Positions 30,348-40,882 of a stretch of 64,000 nt of DNA are shown piece by piece. Source of the DNA: a virus (taxonomy: Duplodnaviria; Caudoviricetes); the IMG/VR virus record IMGVR_UViG_3300048926_000317, positions 1-64,000 of that record; one strand, written 5' to 3'. The translations under genes and the position numbers were made by a program. The first letter of the stretch is position 1, and every line of letters starts with the position of its first letter. The notes beneath the pieces are model-generated. The model did no database searches and was not told where the DNA came from. It was given only the letters and a program-made list of their open reading frames with translations.

Positions 30348-32906
30348 TATCTATAGCTCATATGTTTATTTAATTCTGAAATATTTATTATAAGTAATTC
30401 CTTAGCTATTTCATCAGCTATTCTTCCGTGTATTAATTTTAAAGCAATTCTTGTAGATGGTTCGTCCAAAGGATTTTTCATTCTTTCCTTATACCATTCA
30501 TCGTCAGTAATAAATGTCTTAACTTTAAACTCTGATCCATTGAGGATAAATTTATAATAGACTTCAAACCCATTTGACAGATGATCTTCTCTAAAAAAGA
30601 AAGCTACGGCATTGAGATAGGTTTGATTTATCCTGACGGAGTAGCAAAGGTTTTCTTTTGCTTTTTCGTGGAACTCATTTAGTAATTTAATAGACTCATC
30701 AGTTGCAGCTTTATATTCGTTTATATTGACTGATTTTTCGTATGGTATATATTCTGTATTTTTCATACTTAATTTTTTGAAAAGGTTTTTAAATCGGGTT
30801 CAAATGGTTTGTATATTTCCATTGTTATTGTATCGTATTGAAAAATATTCAATATTCCAAACCATTCACATATTCTTTTTATTTGGTCGTCATAATCTGT
30901 TCGTTTTATATTTTTGAAAAACCCTTCAGCCTTTAAACCTTCATAATCAAAGTTTAATAATAGGTATTCTATTTCTCTTTGTGTTGCCATTATTACATTT
31001 CTTCAAGTTCTTGTTTTACTTCTTGCCAATAGAGAACACTTTGATTAACCTCTTTAAATACGCTGTCGCTTTCAGATATTTCTATAATATCACACAAAGC
31101 TTTTATTATTCCATCAACGGCTATTTTTGCACATTCAATAGCATTCGGTTCCTCCATGTATAAAAATCTATTTTTATATTGATATCTGGAAAAATCCAGT
31201 TCTAAATTTTTATATCGATATACTAAACTAATTGATTCCTCTTTTGTTACCATAATTATCTTCTTTTGCTTGGAAATAATACTAATAAACAGATTACCCC
31301 AAATATTATTACAAATAGTAATTTAAGTAAGTGTTCATTCATATTATTTTAATTTTGTACCGTTTAGTAAATTAGTTAGTTTCTTCAATTTTTATATTCT
31401 CAGGATTGATCGTGCTAGCATATCCATCTATTGCAGCCTCAACGTAAATTTCATTATTATGTACCTTAATTTTGGCTGCTACATTTCCTCCAAAGTATAC
31501 TCTATAATACTTAGCCTCCATGTCAGAATGTTTTTTGAATCTCTCAATTAACTCCGCAATAAGTAGATCAGGACAATTTTTTGTAGGTGGAACACTCATT
31601 GTAAAGTTCTTTCCACCCTTGCACCAATCCTGTAAAATAGCTATCGATTTTTCAATTAAAACTTCATCTGGTATTTCTGATAATTGTCTGTCTAATTCTT
31701 CTTGTGTCATAATCTATAATTTTATCTCTTCTGTATAGTGAGCATTATTAAGTTTATTCTTAAACAATTTTTCAACATCCTTAATTTTATGTTCAGGAAC
31801 ATTTTCTAAATGCAACCTATATCCACATTCAAGCCTGTTTAAATTTCTATACAATTCTTTAGTTAGATCCTTATAATCTACTGTAATCTCCATTAATGGG
31901 TCTAATAATTTTAAGTCATTAAAAAGTGATCTCTGTTTTTTAGCAACTGTTTTGATAATCAAATTATCCTCGTCGTCATATTCGTAACAATCTTCGCAAT
32001 AATGCTTATCTTTTTCTTCATGCCAATTAGATTCCATAGCTACTTCTTTAGCTGATAACTCGTCACTCCAACACGAAAATTCTCCATGCTTCATAAGATC
32101 TTTACTGCAGTTGTCACATACCACAGTGAACATTTCTACTTTTTTTACTGACATAATTATTATGATATTAAATAGTTAGCTAGTTTTAAAACTTCTTCCG
32201 GAGTATTATACCCAGGATTCCAATTAATCCATAAGACAAATGAACTGCCTTCATAAATTCCATCAATTCTTACTTTGTATTTGAAGTTTTTAATATTATC
32301 TTCTATTATTGTTATTTTCCCTTCTATTAATTTCATATTATATTTCTTTAAATTTTGTTATTCTTATTTCAATCAATGAAGATAAAACTTCCATTAGCTC
32401 TGAATACATTATCATAATTTCAGATTTATCTAATTTATCATTCTGTACATCATTATAAGCTTTTTGAAGTTTCACCTTTAACCGATTATTATATTCAATC
32501 TGCTCCTTCTTAAACTTAGCGTGGTTAAATTGTCCGTCTGTCATAAATTTCTATTTTTTTGTTTTAAAATTAATTATATTGATTCATATAAATATTAAAA
32601 TGTTACAAAAATATTTAGTTATTAAAACCATATCTTACCAAAGCCTTTTAAATATTCTTTAATTATATACTTAGCCGCAGCAGTTGCACATTGGCGAGTA
32701 TAAAAAACATGATTATCTCTTTCGTGTGTATAGTACCCATGATTGAAATGATGCCCTATATCCTCAAAATTTATCTTATCGTAAGTGTTAGGTTTCCAGC
32801 TCTCCCAATTATCCGGTAGCTCTGCTCTCCATCCTTTAACATCTTCGTCATTCCACTTAGTAATTAAGACTGGAATCTTTCTGAATTTTTGTTTTTCTGT
32901 TATCAT
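30347..32906 (-). CDS. Cluster of about nine small hypothetical proteins
   Basis: 30347-30766, 30769-30990, 30993-31253, 31372-31710, 31714-32154 (CxxC motifs), 58-aa ORF at about 32160-32337, 32338-32544, 32622-32906. Confidence 0.7.
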
Positions 32907-32917
32907 AAGTTCACATA

Positions 32918-33211
32918 TTAAATATATTTTATAAATGGTCTATACCATGCGTTATTAAAATCTTCCGGAAGAAATTCTTCTATTATATATTTTGATTTAG
33001 CTGTTCTACTTCCTACAATTCGAATATCATCTTCAATTATTCGATCGTAAGCTTCTTTAGTAATTTCTTTATTTCCAATTTCTTCAAATCTTCTTACATC
33101 ACATCCATTTTGAAGCTCATAATACTCATTAGAATATTTCCATTTTTTACTTTTATCAATTGGTTTAGTAAAAGAATGAATCTTATAATAATATAATTTA
33201 TTTAATTTAAA
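32918..33211 (-). CDS. 97-codon reading frame with no ATG/GTG/TTG; possible -1 frameshift extension of the upstream gene
   Basis: Open frame FKLNKLYYYKIHSFTKPIDKSKKWKY...WYRPFIKYI* begins at the heptamer T TTA AAT just before the stop of 33202-33459. Confidence 0.5.
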   Translation of the reverse strand, partial: FKLNKLYYYKIHSFTKPIDKSKKWKYSNEYYELQNGCDVRRFEEIGNKEITKEAYDRIIEDDIRIVGSRTAKSKYIIEEFLPEDFNNAWYRPFIKYI

Positions 33212-33459
33212 GAAATGAAATAATCATCATTAAGTATCAATAATCCCGAATATTTATATTGTAATAATACTTCAGGGACAAAAGAATAAATCTCTCCACT
33301 TACCAATATTAAAACCTCAACCTTATTGTTTCTAATATTTAATGATCTTACTAACATACCATGTTCAGGATTGGATTTTAAAAATACAAGCTCACCTATC
33401 TTAAATTTATTGATATTAGTATGGCGTATCATATATTGATAAAGTACTTTTTTTAACAT
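33202..33459 (-). CDS. Hypothetical protein (FKIGELVFLKS, DUF2158-like)
   Basis: First gene of the leftward block. The true start may lie downstream of the ORF-track start. Confidence 0.6.
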   Translation of the reverse strand: MLKKVLYQYMIRHTNINKFKIGELVFLKSNPEHGMLVRSLNIRNNKVEVLILVSGEIYSFVPEVLLQYKYSGLLILNDDYFISLN

Positions 33460-33519
33460 ATGTAAATGTATAAATTTGATTAATTTATGTTCTAGCGTAA
33501 GTTTAAATACTCTTTATAT

Positions 33520-33775
33520 GGGCGAAAAAAAATTGAGCCTGACTCGATGAAAATTTTACCCCCGCCCTATCGATTTCATTGAAACGAATTTGAATTTCAA
33601 AGTCGATTTTCCTCTAGCCATGGACCGTGATCTACATCGTAGTATTTAAACTACATACAAATATATACAATATATTTCATTCAGCATAGGGGTGGATCAA
33701 AAAAGGTTTGTTAAATAAGGGGTATATAAAATTATTTTCCTAGACTTGTTCTGTTTCCGTATACAAAACAGAACT
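33520..33775. other. Candidate genome terminus/packaging or origin region
   Basis: Non-coding. Contains ACCCCCGCCC, three TCGAT, palindromes TTTCATTGAAA and TTGAATTTCAA, two AGGGGT runs and a 9-bp hairpin at 33748-33774. Confidence 0.35.
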
Positions 33776-33989
33776 ATATATCTTTCATAAGATCAGCAGG
33801 AGTACAGCCTATTGCATTAGCCAAGTTGATTATAGTATTAAGGCTTGGATTGGTCAAATGCGCTATCCAGAATCTATTAACTTCTAACCTGGCACAAATG
33901 TAAGAAACGCTCTTCTTTCTTTTCTTTCTTTCTACTCTAATATTCTCTTTAAATTTATTTATACTCATAATGTTATTGTTTGTCGCCAC
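33774..33989 (-). CDS. XRE/Cro-C1 family HTH regulator
   Basis: NPSLNTIINLANAIGCTPADLM C-terminal XRE signature. TATATTTG at about 34020-34027 upstream. Confidence 0.85.
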   Translation of the reverse strand: MATNNNIMSINKFKENIRVERKKRKKSVSYICARLEVNRFWIAHLTNPSLNTIINLANAIGCTPADLMKDI

Positions 33990-34640
33990 AATATTTACAC
34001 TTGTGCTTATTTATTGCCACAAATATAGTATTTATTCTGGTAAAACATGTCTTTGATAGAGTTTAAAAACTCAATTTGCTCGACTATACACGAACATTTT
34101 AAAAAGTTTCTTAGTGTAACAATGTGCCGTTATGAGTTGTATAATATTGTCAAATGATTGTTATAATGAGTGATAGTGTACCGTGTAGTACAAAATAAAA
34201 TCATCGAATTAGATATGTTTGAGTGAGGTTTAAATATGACGTTTGATTGTTATATTAAAACATACTGCTTAGTATTTTTTTTAGGATGCAGATTATAAAA
34301 TTGCTGTGGGTTCTAAATGTTGAATGGTTTGTTTATATGGTGGTCGCTTCGCTCCTTCCTCTCTCTGTGTTCTCTTCTTTAGTTCTATATAGAATCTATA
34401 TTATTGTTAGCTTGTCGGAAAATCTGGTATTGGTAATGTTGATGTTAGGTATATTTTTTATTCTTGGCTGTTTTGTAATCCGTTAGAATCGTGTATAAAT
34501 TTTTGTCTTGGTAATTGTGCATTATAAGTTATTGATAATTGGGTTTAATGAAAATAATTGTATAATTATGGAAATCCGTATTGATATATTAAATTAAATA
34601 CTTAGCTTTGTATAAATAATCAATAAAATAATATTTTACA

Positions 34641-35135
34641 ATGAAAACAGAAAATCAATTAAAACAGTTATTATCTACTTTAGGGTTTTTGCCAGTAGAT
34701 CAATTCCCTATTATGTTTAATGATCTAAGCGGGGAAGAAATTATTACTCTTGTTAAGCTTCATAATGCAACTGGCATTACTGGGGGTAAGTCTGATTCAA
34801 TTAGACTTAAAATGTACAATGAATTATTTAAACGTAAGTCTATTGGAAAGGCGCAGGGTAGGCATTTGAGCTCTAAACAAAAATTATTTCTTGAATCTCT
34901 TGGTTTGATTCCTGAAAAGAAAAAGCCGGAGCCAGAAGGTTTGGACCGAGTTGATAGACTTATACTACAGTATTTAGAACGTGGATATACTCAGTTAGAA
35001 GTTTCTGAGACGTTGCAAAAGATGGAAATTAAACCTAATAGCCTAAGCATAATTGAAAAGCGATTGAAGTCTATACGAGAAAAGTTTGGTGCAAAAACTA
35101 ACTTTCATCTCGCGGTTATTCTCTTTAAAAAATAA
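34641..35135 (+). CDS. LuxR-type HTH regulator (flavobacterial response-regulator C-domain) without a receiver domain
   Basis: LDRVDRLILQYLERGYTQLEV...IKPNSLSIIEKRLKSIREKFGAKTNFHLAVI. Confidence 0.75.
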   Translation: MKTENQLKQLLSTLGFLPVDQFPIMFNDLSGEEIITLVKLHNATGITGGKSDSIRLKMYNELFKRKSIGKAQGRHLSSKQKLFLESLGLIPEKKKPEPEGLDRVDRLILQYLERGYTQLEVSETLQKMEIKPNSLSIIEKRLKSIREKFGAKTNFHLAVILFKK

Positions 35136-35157
35136 GATCCTTTCACCTTGAATTTAT

Positions 35158-35186
35158 AACACTGCCTTCGGGTGGTGTTTTTCTTT
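35158..35186 (+). terminator. UUCG-loop intrinsic terminator
   Basis: AACACTGCC-TTCG-GGTGGTGTT followed by a T-run. Confidence 0.85.
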
Positions 35187-35343
35187 TGCTATCTTCTTGC
35201 GTGCGCCTTCTTTTTGTTGGCTCGTCAAAAATATAGCATTCGTAACGCCTGAGAATCGCCTGTATAAAATTAACCTGACAATTGTACAGTGTATGTTATG
35301 TATATATCAATATATATGATTAAATTTGAATAAATAAAAGATT

Positions 35344-35798
35344 ATGAATAAATACGACAAACGATTTTTATATATTATTGGGAGTTTCTTTGTCTCGGCA
35401 TTGGTCTTAGTAGCTTTAAAACTATGTGGATTGATTAATGTGATGCCACACTACTTAGTAATTGTGATCATGGCTGTGGTCGCTTTTATTGTGACTAGCT
35501 TACTGGAATATAAAGACAAAAAAAAGAATAGATTATGATACAAATTATTTGCTTAGGATTATTGGTATTTATTGCCGTGATCGTAGTTGCTGGATTCAAC
35601 AGGCTTTATTCAATGGATGCAAGGATTGATAAATTGGTTAGAGATTCAGAAATTAAAATTGATGTGTTGATGCATGATTATTTAATTAAATCTGGATGGA
35701 GCCAAGGCGCTGACGCCCTTTATAGCAATGATACCTATTTAAATTGGGAATTGAAAGACGCTTATAGAATTGCTAAAACTATAATGACTCGTTCCTAA
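35344..35798 (+). CDS. Two small membrane proteins
   Basis: 35344-35538 has two TM helices; 35535-35798 has an N-terminal TM helix. TAAATTTG promoter element upstream. Confidence 0.65.
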
Positions 35799-35814
35799 GA
35801 TTATAAACACAAAA

Positions 35815-35837
35815 AACCCGCCTAGTTAGAGCGGGTT
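35815..35837. terminator. Terminator between convergent blocks
   Basis: AACCCGC-9 nt-GCGGGTT with an A-run on the left. Confidence 0.75.
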
Positions 35838-35860
35838 AATTGTTTTCAAAAGTTTTAGAT

Positions 35861-37566
35861 CTAATTATATCCTTGAAAACCTTGTTTTATTGGTTTTATA
35901 TATTTTTCTTGAGTAATTACTGGGCTTCTAAAATATGATCCAGTAGCACAGTTGTTTTTGGCGTTAATAATTGCCTTAACTTCATTTTCTGCTTTTACTA
36001 AGATTGAACCTTCACCGCCAATTCTTTTTGTATAAGATACTTTGAAAGTGTTTAAATTTTTCATAATAAATAGTTTAATGATTGATAATTGTTGTAGCTT
36101 TCCCTTCGCCATGTTTGAAACCTGCAGCGTCTACTCCTACAAACGTCTTATTTTCTTTTTCTATTGTTGGCTTTGGCGTTGTTAATCCTATTACAGTTAA
36201 CCCTGTTATAAAAAAGGCAACAATTAAAATAATGATTTGATAGTCTTTTAAATTTTTCATAATGTAATTTTTTAGAGTTATTGTTGTTATCTGAGTACAA
36301 ATATAAGACAACTTTTTTAATTACACAATAGTGTAAATGTTAAAGTTTAAATTATTTTTAGTTTAACATAAAAAACCGATCAAATAATTGACAGGCTCTT
36401 AAACTTGTAATTTATAGGTTGTAAAACCTATTCAAATATACGGATTTATTTTTAATCGTTTTCAATATCTAATGCTTTGATTAATTGGTCCGCGAATAAT
36501 ATACACATGTTTGCCGTGTAGTTCGCATTGTCTAGTTGCGTGCGCTGTTTGTTTTGGCTTTCGGCTCCCGCTATAGCCTGTAATGCTAACCCTGTGTAAT
36601 AGTATCTTAAATACTCTTTGTAGGATTCTTCAGTTGTAAATTCGTCTCTTGATTTCATTTTTTTAATATTTGTCTTATAGGTTTATTGTTTATAAAAAAA
36701 GTATGGAAATAATATTCTTCTTTAAATTTTCTATAATAATCTTTTTGATAATAAATATCTTTCATCAATATTGGATATATATTTTGCAAAGGATGGCAGG
36801 AAGATATTTTTTCATGAGTTGTCGAAGAAATTCTAATACCATTATAGTAATGCTTTTGTTCTGCATTTTCTTTTTCTTTAAAAAGCTTTAATGCATGTTC
36901 ATAAGTTATTATCATTTTTTGTTAGTTGTTTGTAGATTTCTTCGTGGACTTTCCAACCATAGATTGTGCTAAATATAGATCTAAATTTGGTTTTTAAATA
37001 TGGAATATTTTCAAATGCTATATTTCCTGATAAATTGAATTGCCAAAAATCAGATTTATAATTCTCTATAATATCATCTTCGTTATACTTTCGGTAATCT
37101 AGCTTTGCATCCTGGCAGAATCTTTTAATTGCTTCGTCTAGCATCTGGCAGTTTTCGTAATCCTCGGATCTTTCATAATCGTAAAGTGTTAGAAATGCAA
37201 TGTTCAAACCATATTCTAAAATACCACTTTTAATGGCTGTGTATTCGTTGTCTGTAAGTGTATTCATAATTCGGTTGCTTGTTTGATTAGTTTTTCTAAA
37301 TAATGCATTTCCTTATTAAATTCATCTCTAAATGATTCAGTCCATTCGTTAGAAGGTATTAACATTGATATGTGTTCAATAAAAGATAGTTTAGACTGTA
37401 ATTCTGTCAACATTTCCGGGGCCTTTGATGTTAGTAATAAATTGTATTTATGTTCTTGATATTTTATATCTGTAGGATCAAATTTTGCTATTTTAATGTG
37501 AATTTCTCCCATCAGGTCCCTTCCTGATACCCACCATTTCCCCTTTGTTCCTTTAAAATTTTCCAT
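35861..37566 (-). CDS. Cluster of early hypothetical proteins
   Basis: 35861-, 36075-, 36452-, 36655-, 36899- and 37264-37566 (true start MENFKGTKGKW). ORF-track starts are often over-extended. Confidence 0.7.
36298..36331 (-). promoter_or_regulatory. Early promoter; shares a 17-nt block with the promoter at 39603-39636
   Basis: CTATTGTGTAATTAAAA (-33 region) and TATATTTG (-7). Confidence 0.75.
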
Positions 37567-37568
37567 AA

Positions 37569-37925
37569 TTATTCTGTTAAATTTTTGCTTACAAATCCTG
37601 TTAAATCTTCTTCGCATTCAATACACCATATTTGAGCTTTACAGGCTGCGAATACTCTATGATGCCCGTCAGTGACAAAAAATACTTTTTTACCTATGTG
37701 TTCTTTTTTAATCTCAATAGCATCATCTAAATCACCCCAAACAAACAAATCACCAATATCATCTTTACTGATCTCACTAAAATAGCCTGTAATTGGAGGA
37801 AATCCCCAATGTGAAGTAAGTTCGTCATTTTCTTTCATCTCTTTGGCATACTTATCAACCTTATCCCAATCCATAGCATTGTCAGGTAGTCCACTTACTA
37901 TAATATTTGTTCTAATTGTTTCCAT
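37569..37925 (-). CDS. Stand-alone ParB/Sulfiredoxin N-terminal domain protein
   Basis: GFPPI and FFVTDGHHRVFAA motifs. Confidence 0.75.
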   Translation of the reverse strand: METIRTNIIVSGLPDNAMDWDKVDKYAKEMKENDELTSHWGFPPITGYFSEISKDDIGDLFVWGDLDDAIEIKKEHIGKKVFFVTDGHHRVFAACKAQIWCIECEEDLTGFVSKNLTE

Positions 37926-37927
37926 AA

Positions 37928-38137
37928 CTAAAAAAGATATTTAATGTCAATTTCTAATATCTCACACCACTTTTTTAAAGTCTTTACCGTTATTGCGGTC
38001 TTTCCAGTCTTGTAGTCGCTTACGCTCGCTTCCCTCACTCCCACCTTATCCGCTATTTGTTGTTGAGTCAACCCAGATAATGAGATTAGCTTAAGCATTT
38101 CTTGGCTTGGCGTTCTTTCTTTTCTTAAATCTATCAT
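37928..38137 (-). CDS. XRE family HTH regulator
   Basis: GLTQQQIADKVGVREASVSDYKTGK. Confidence 0.88.
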   Translation of the reverse strand: MIDLRKERTPSQEMLKLISLSGLTQQQIADKVGVREASVSDYKTGKTAITVKTLKKWCEILEIDIKYLF

Positions 38138-38138
38138 A

Positions 38139-39571
38139 TTATTTTTTATTTAGTAAGTGGTTTTTAAAATCTTGGTAATAAATTCGGATAAATCCAAATA
38201 TAAAAAGTATTCCTGCTAAGCAGATAGCATTTGAATAATCAGGCATTTTTGAAATGCTGTTTTTCTCAATTTCAATCATCATTAATAAGATTAAAATAGC
38301 TATTATTATGTTTATTACTCTTTTCATAATATTATATATTATAAGGTTTTATTTTTACTCTCACACATAATTGAAAATTTTTAATTTTACCTGCTCCATG
38401 AAAATTAAAAAATTTACCGATGAAATTTCTTTTAATTTGATCATCTGTTTGATCTCCATTCATAGAAGTCGTATAATTATATTTAGGATCTTTAAATATT
38501 ACTGTTATTGTTTTCATGATTATTTAATTTTAAAATCTATATTATTATTTTCAAACATTTCGTTTATTAATTTTTTAGAACATCTTTTGAATTTAAAATC
38601 CCAAAAATGCATTATTGAATAGTGATCTATAGTTTTAAGTAATCTTGGTATGTCCACTAAGTTACAAAAGATTGTGTCATTGTTTAACTCATTAATTATA
38701 ACAAATACTCTTTGATTGTTGTTGATAGTTGTTTTCATGATTTTACTTTTTAAATATTAATCTTTCTCAAATTGGGATAAAAAATTTTGTACTTTATTAT
38801 CTAATTCTTTATAGGTAGAGTTTAATTCTAAGTACCTTTTTTGATAAAATAATAAAGCTTCAATACATGCGTCTTGCTCTGTTTTTGCTCTCATAACAAT
38901 ATTCATTCCTGCCAGGTTATCATATAGATAGTATCCCTCATTAGTTTCTGTTAGAGACAACGTTTTTAATTTAAATACATTTTTAATTGCTTTTGCCATG
39001 ATATTAATTTTTAGGTGTTAATAATTCGTTACATTTTTTTACTAGGTCCGGCAGATTATAAGATTGGAATACAATTCCGCCACCATAAGCTTTTGTATTA
39101 AATTTTTTACCTCCAATCTTTTTTGCTTTTTTAATTACTATATCATATTGATTTGAAATACTGTTTAAACCTTTTCCAGCAGTCTTTTCATATTCTAATT
39201 CACTAAGTAAATCTAAAAAATGAATTACATATCTAGGGTTGCCGTTTACGTCGTTGTTTACTCTCGTAAAATTGTCTGGTGTGATAGTATTTGTTTTCAT
39301 AATGTTATTTTAAATTTATTTATTAGACTAAATGAAGTTCATTTGTATTAAATTTTAAAATAGGACTATTTTGATTATATCCGACCCATACAACTACCTC
39401 TACATTTTTATATCTGTCTCTATATTCTTTAACCCCTTCTTTACTCATGTTTATAGGATGAAAATTATTTATAATATCTGTAATTTCTTTTTTTATAATA
39501 GATGAATTATGAGATTTAGTATTTAAATCAAACGTATGTACTACACCTATTTTTGCCTTAATTGTTTTCAT
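38139..39571 (-). CDS. Cluster of six early hypothetical proteins
   Basis: Includes 39004-39300 (NNDVNGNPRYVIHF...YGGGIVFQSYN, a widespread early phage family). Confidence 0.7.
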
Positions 39572-39602
39572 GATATTTAAAGTTTAATTATTATTTCTAT
39601 TG

Positions 39603-39636
39603 CAAATATATAAACTATATTTTAATTACACAATAG
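39603..39636 (-). promoter_or_regulatory. Leftward early promoter
   Basis: CTATTGTGTAATTAAAA ... TATATTTG. Confidence 0.75.
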
Positions 39637-39666
39637 CGAAAGTAAAATAAATTGAAAAAAGTTTTA

Positions 39667-39780
39667 TTTGCGTATGTAATATATATAACGTAGATTTGCA
39701 ATAGTTATAAAGATAAAGCCACAATAAGGGGTGTCAATACATCATACATGTTGCAGTGTAAACCCTTAAAGTGGCTTTTT
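39667..39780 (+). ncRNA. Promoter plus about 70-nt long hairpin (candidate small RNA/attenuator) upstream of KilA-N
   Basis: TTTG (39667-70) and TAGATTTG (39691-98) are 20 nt apart. Stems AAAGCCAC/GTGGCTTT and TAAGGG/CCCTTA, followed by a T-run. Confidence 0.45.
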
Positions 39781-39995
39781 ATAAAAAATAATGTTTTTGT
39801 ATTTAAATATTTGCTATCTTTGATCTTGCAGTATTTAAAACTCGAATATTTTTGATTAAAATCTTCATATAATATTAGTTTAAAATCGCCTTTGTGCGTG
39901 TGTAAATTTTCTTTCGAGACGATTTTTAGGTACTGCAATTACTCTACACATGTTTACAGAGGCATTTTTATGTAAAAATTTAATCAATATAAATA

Positions 39996-40679
39996 ATGAA
40001 GACAAATCAAGTATTAATTCGAAAAATGGGAAATATTGAGATTTCTCAGCGTACAAGTGATGAAATGTTTAATGCTACAGAATTGGTAAAAAATTGGAAC
40101 GAATATGTTTCTACCATTGATAAAAATGATAATACCCAGAAAAATGGGTATTTAAAAAAGAAGAAAGATTTAGATGATTTTTTTAGTAATAAACAGACTA
40201 AAGAATTTATAAATGTTCTAAGCCAAAAAGAAGATAATGTTTTTACTAAAACAAGAGGAAAAAACGGAGGCACTTGGATGCATCCATACTTGTTTATAGA
40301 TTTTGCTATGTGGCTTAATCCAGAATTCAAATATGAAGTATTAAAATTTGTTCATGATGAACTAATAAAAAACAGGCATGAAGCGGGCGATGGATATAGA
40401 GAACTTTCTTCACAAGTAGCAAGAATAGTCAATAAACAATTTATGCCGGTAGCGATGCAAACAATTTCTAAAGGTTTAAATCATATCGTTTACGGTAGGC
40501 ATGAAAGAAATATTCGAAATAAGGAAGCAACCGAAAGCTATTTAAAGACATTAACAGATTTAGAAAATAAAATTGCAATGTTAATCGATGAAGGTTTTTT
40601 AAGATCCTACGAAGACGTTTTAAAATATTTACGTTTAATTTGGCAGAAAGAAAACCAGCCTAAAATATTTGATAATTAG
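39996..40679 (+). CDS. KilA-N domain protein (antirepressor-like)
   Basis: QRTSDEMFNATELVK and TRGKNGGTWMHPYLFIDFAMWLNPEFK. Confidence 0.9.
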   Translation: MKTNQVLIRKMGNIEISQRTSDEMFNATELVKNWNEYVSTIDKNDNTQKNGYLKKKKDLDDFFSNKQTKEFINVLSQKEDNVFTKTRGKNGGTWMHPYLFIDFAMWLNPEFKYEVLKFVHDELIKNRHEAGDGYRELSSQVARIVNKQFMPVAMQTISKGLNHIVYGRHERNIRNKEATESYLKTLTDLENKIAMLIDEGFLRSYEDVLKYLRLIWQKENQPKIFDN

Positions 40680-40681
40680 AC

Positions 40682-40740
40682 GTTCGACTTGAATGTCGAA
40701 CCCTACAAGCCTGATGTACGTATTTATTTCAGGCTTTTTT
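40682..40740 (+). terminator. Tandem hairpin plus terminator after KilA-N
   Basis: GTTCGAC-6-GTCGAAC, then AAGCCTGA-14-TCAGGCTT followed by TTTT. Confidence 0.75.
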
Positions 40741-40804
40741 AATCTTAACAAATGTTAAAATATGTTAAAGTTTTAAATATTCCTATATTTTACTATTTAC
40801 ACTA

Positions 40805-40835
40805 TTGCGTATTAAATATATTCGTTATATATTTG
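40805..40835 (+). promoter_or_regulatory. Rightward early promoter
   Basis: TTGCG ... TATATTTG. The first gene starts at 40883 (MKTNKY). Confidence 0.75.
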
Positions 40836-40882
40836 TCTCAACAAAACAGAATACTAAAATAACCTCTCTAAAAATAATCATT

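Noticed and set aside
34286-34486. 66-aa hydrophobic ORF in the putative terminus region
   Set aside because: TTG start and no convincing initiation context; the hydrophobicity follows from the T-rich skew. Cannot be fully excluded.
36361-36388. dif-like site (TTATGTTAAAC on the minus strand resembles the XerD arm)
   Set aside because: There is no matching XerC arm across a 6-bp spacer; the sequence overlaps a terminator and is AT-rich.
40745-40769. TTAACA/TGTTAA repeats near several promoters (also 2799, 29469, 36338/36362) as operators
   Set aside because: A 6-7-mer of this composition is expected many times by chance in such AT-rich DNA; needs a formal enrichment test.
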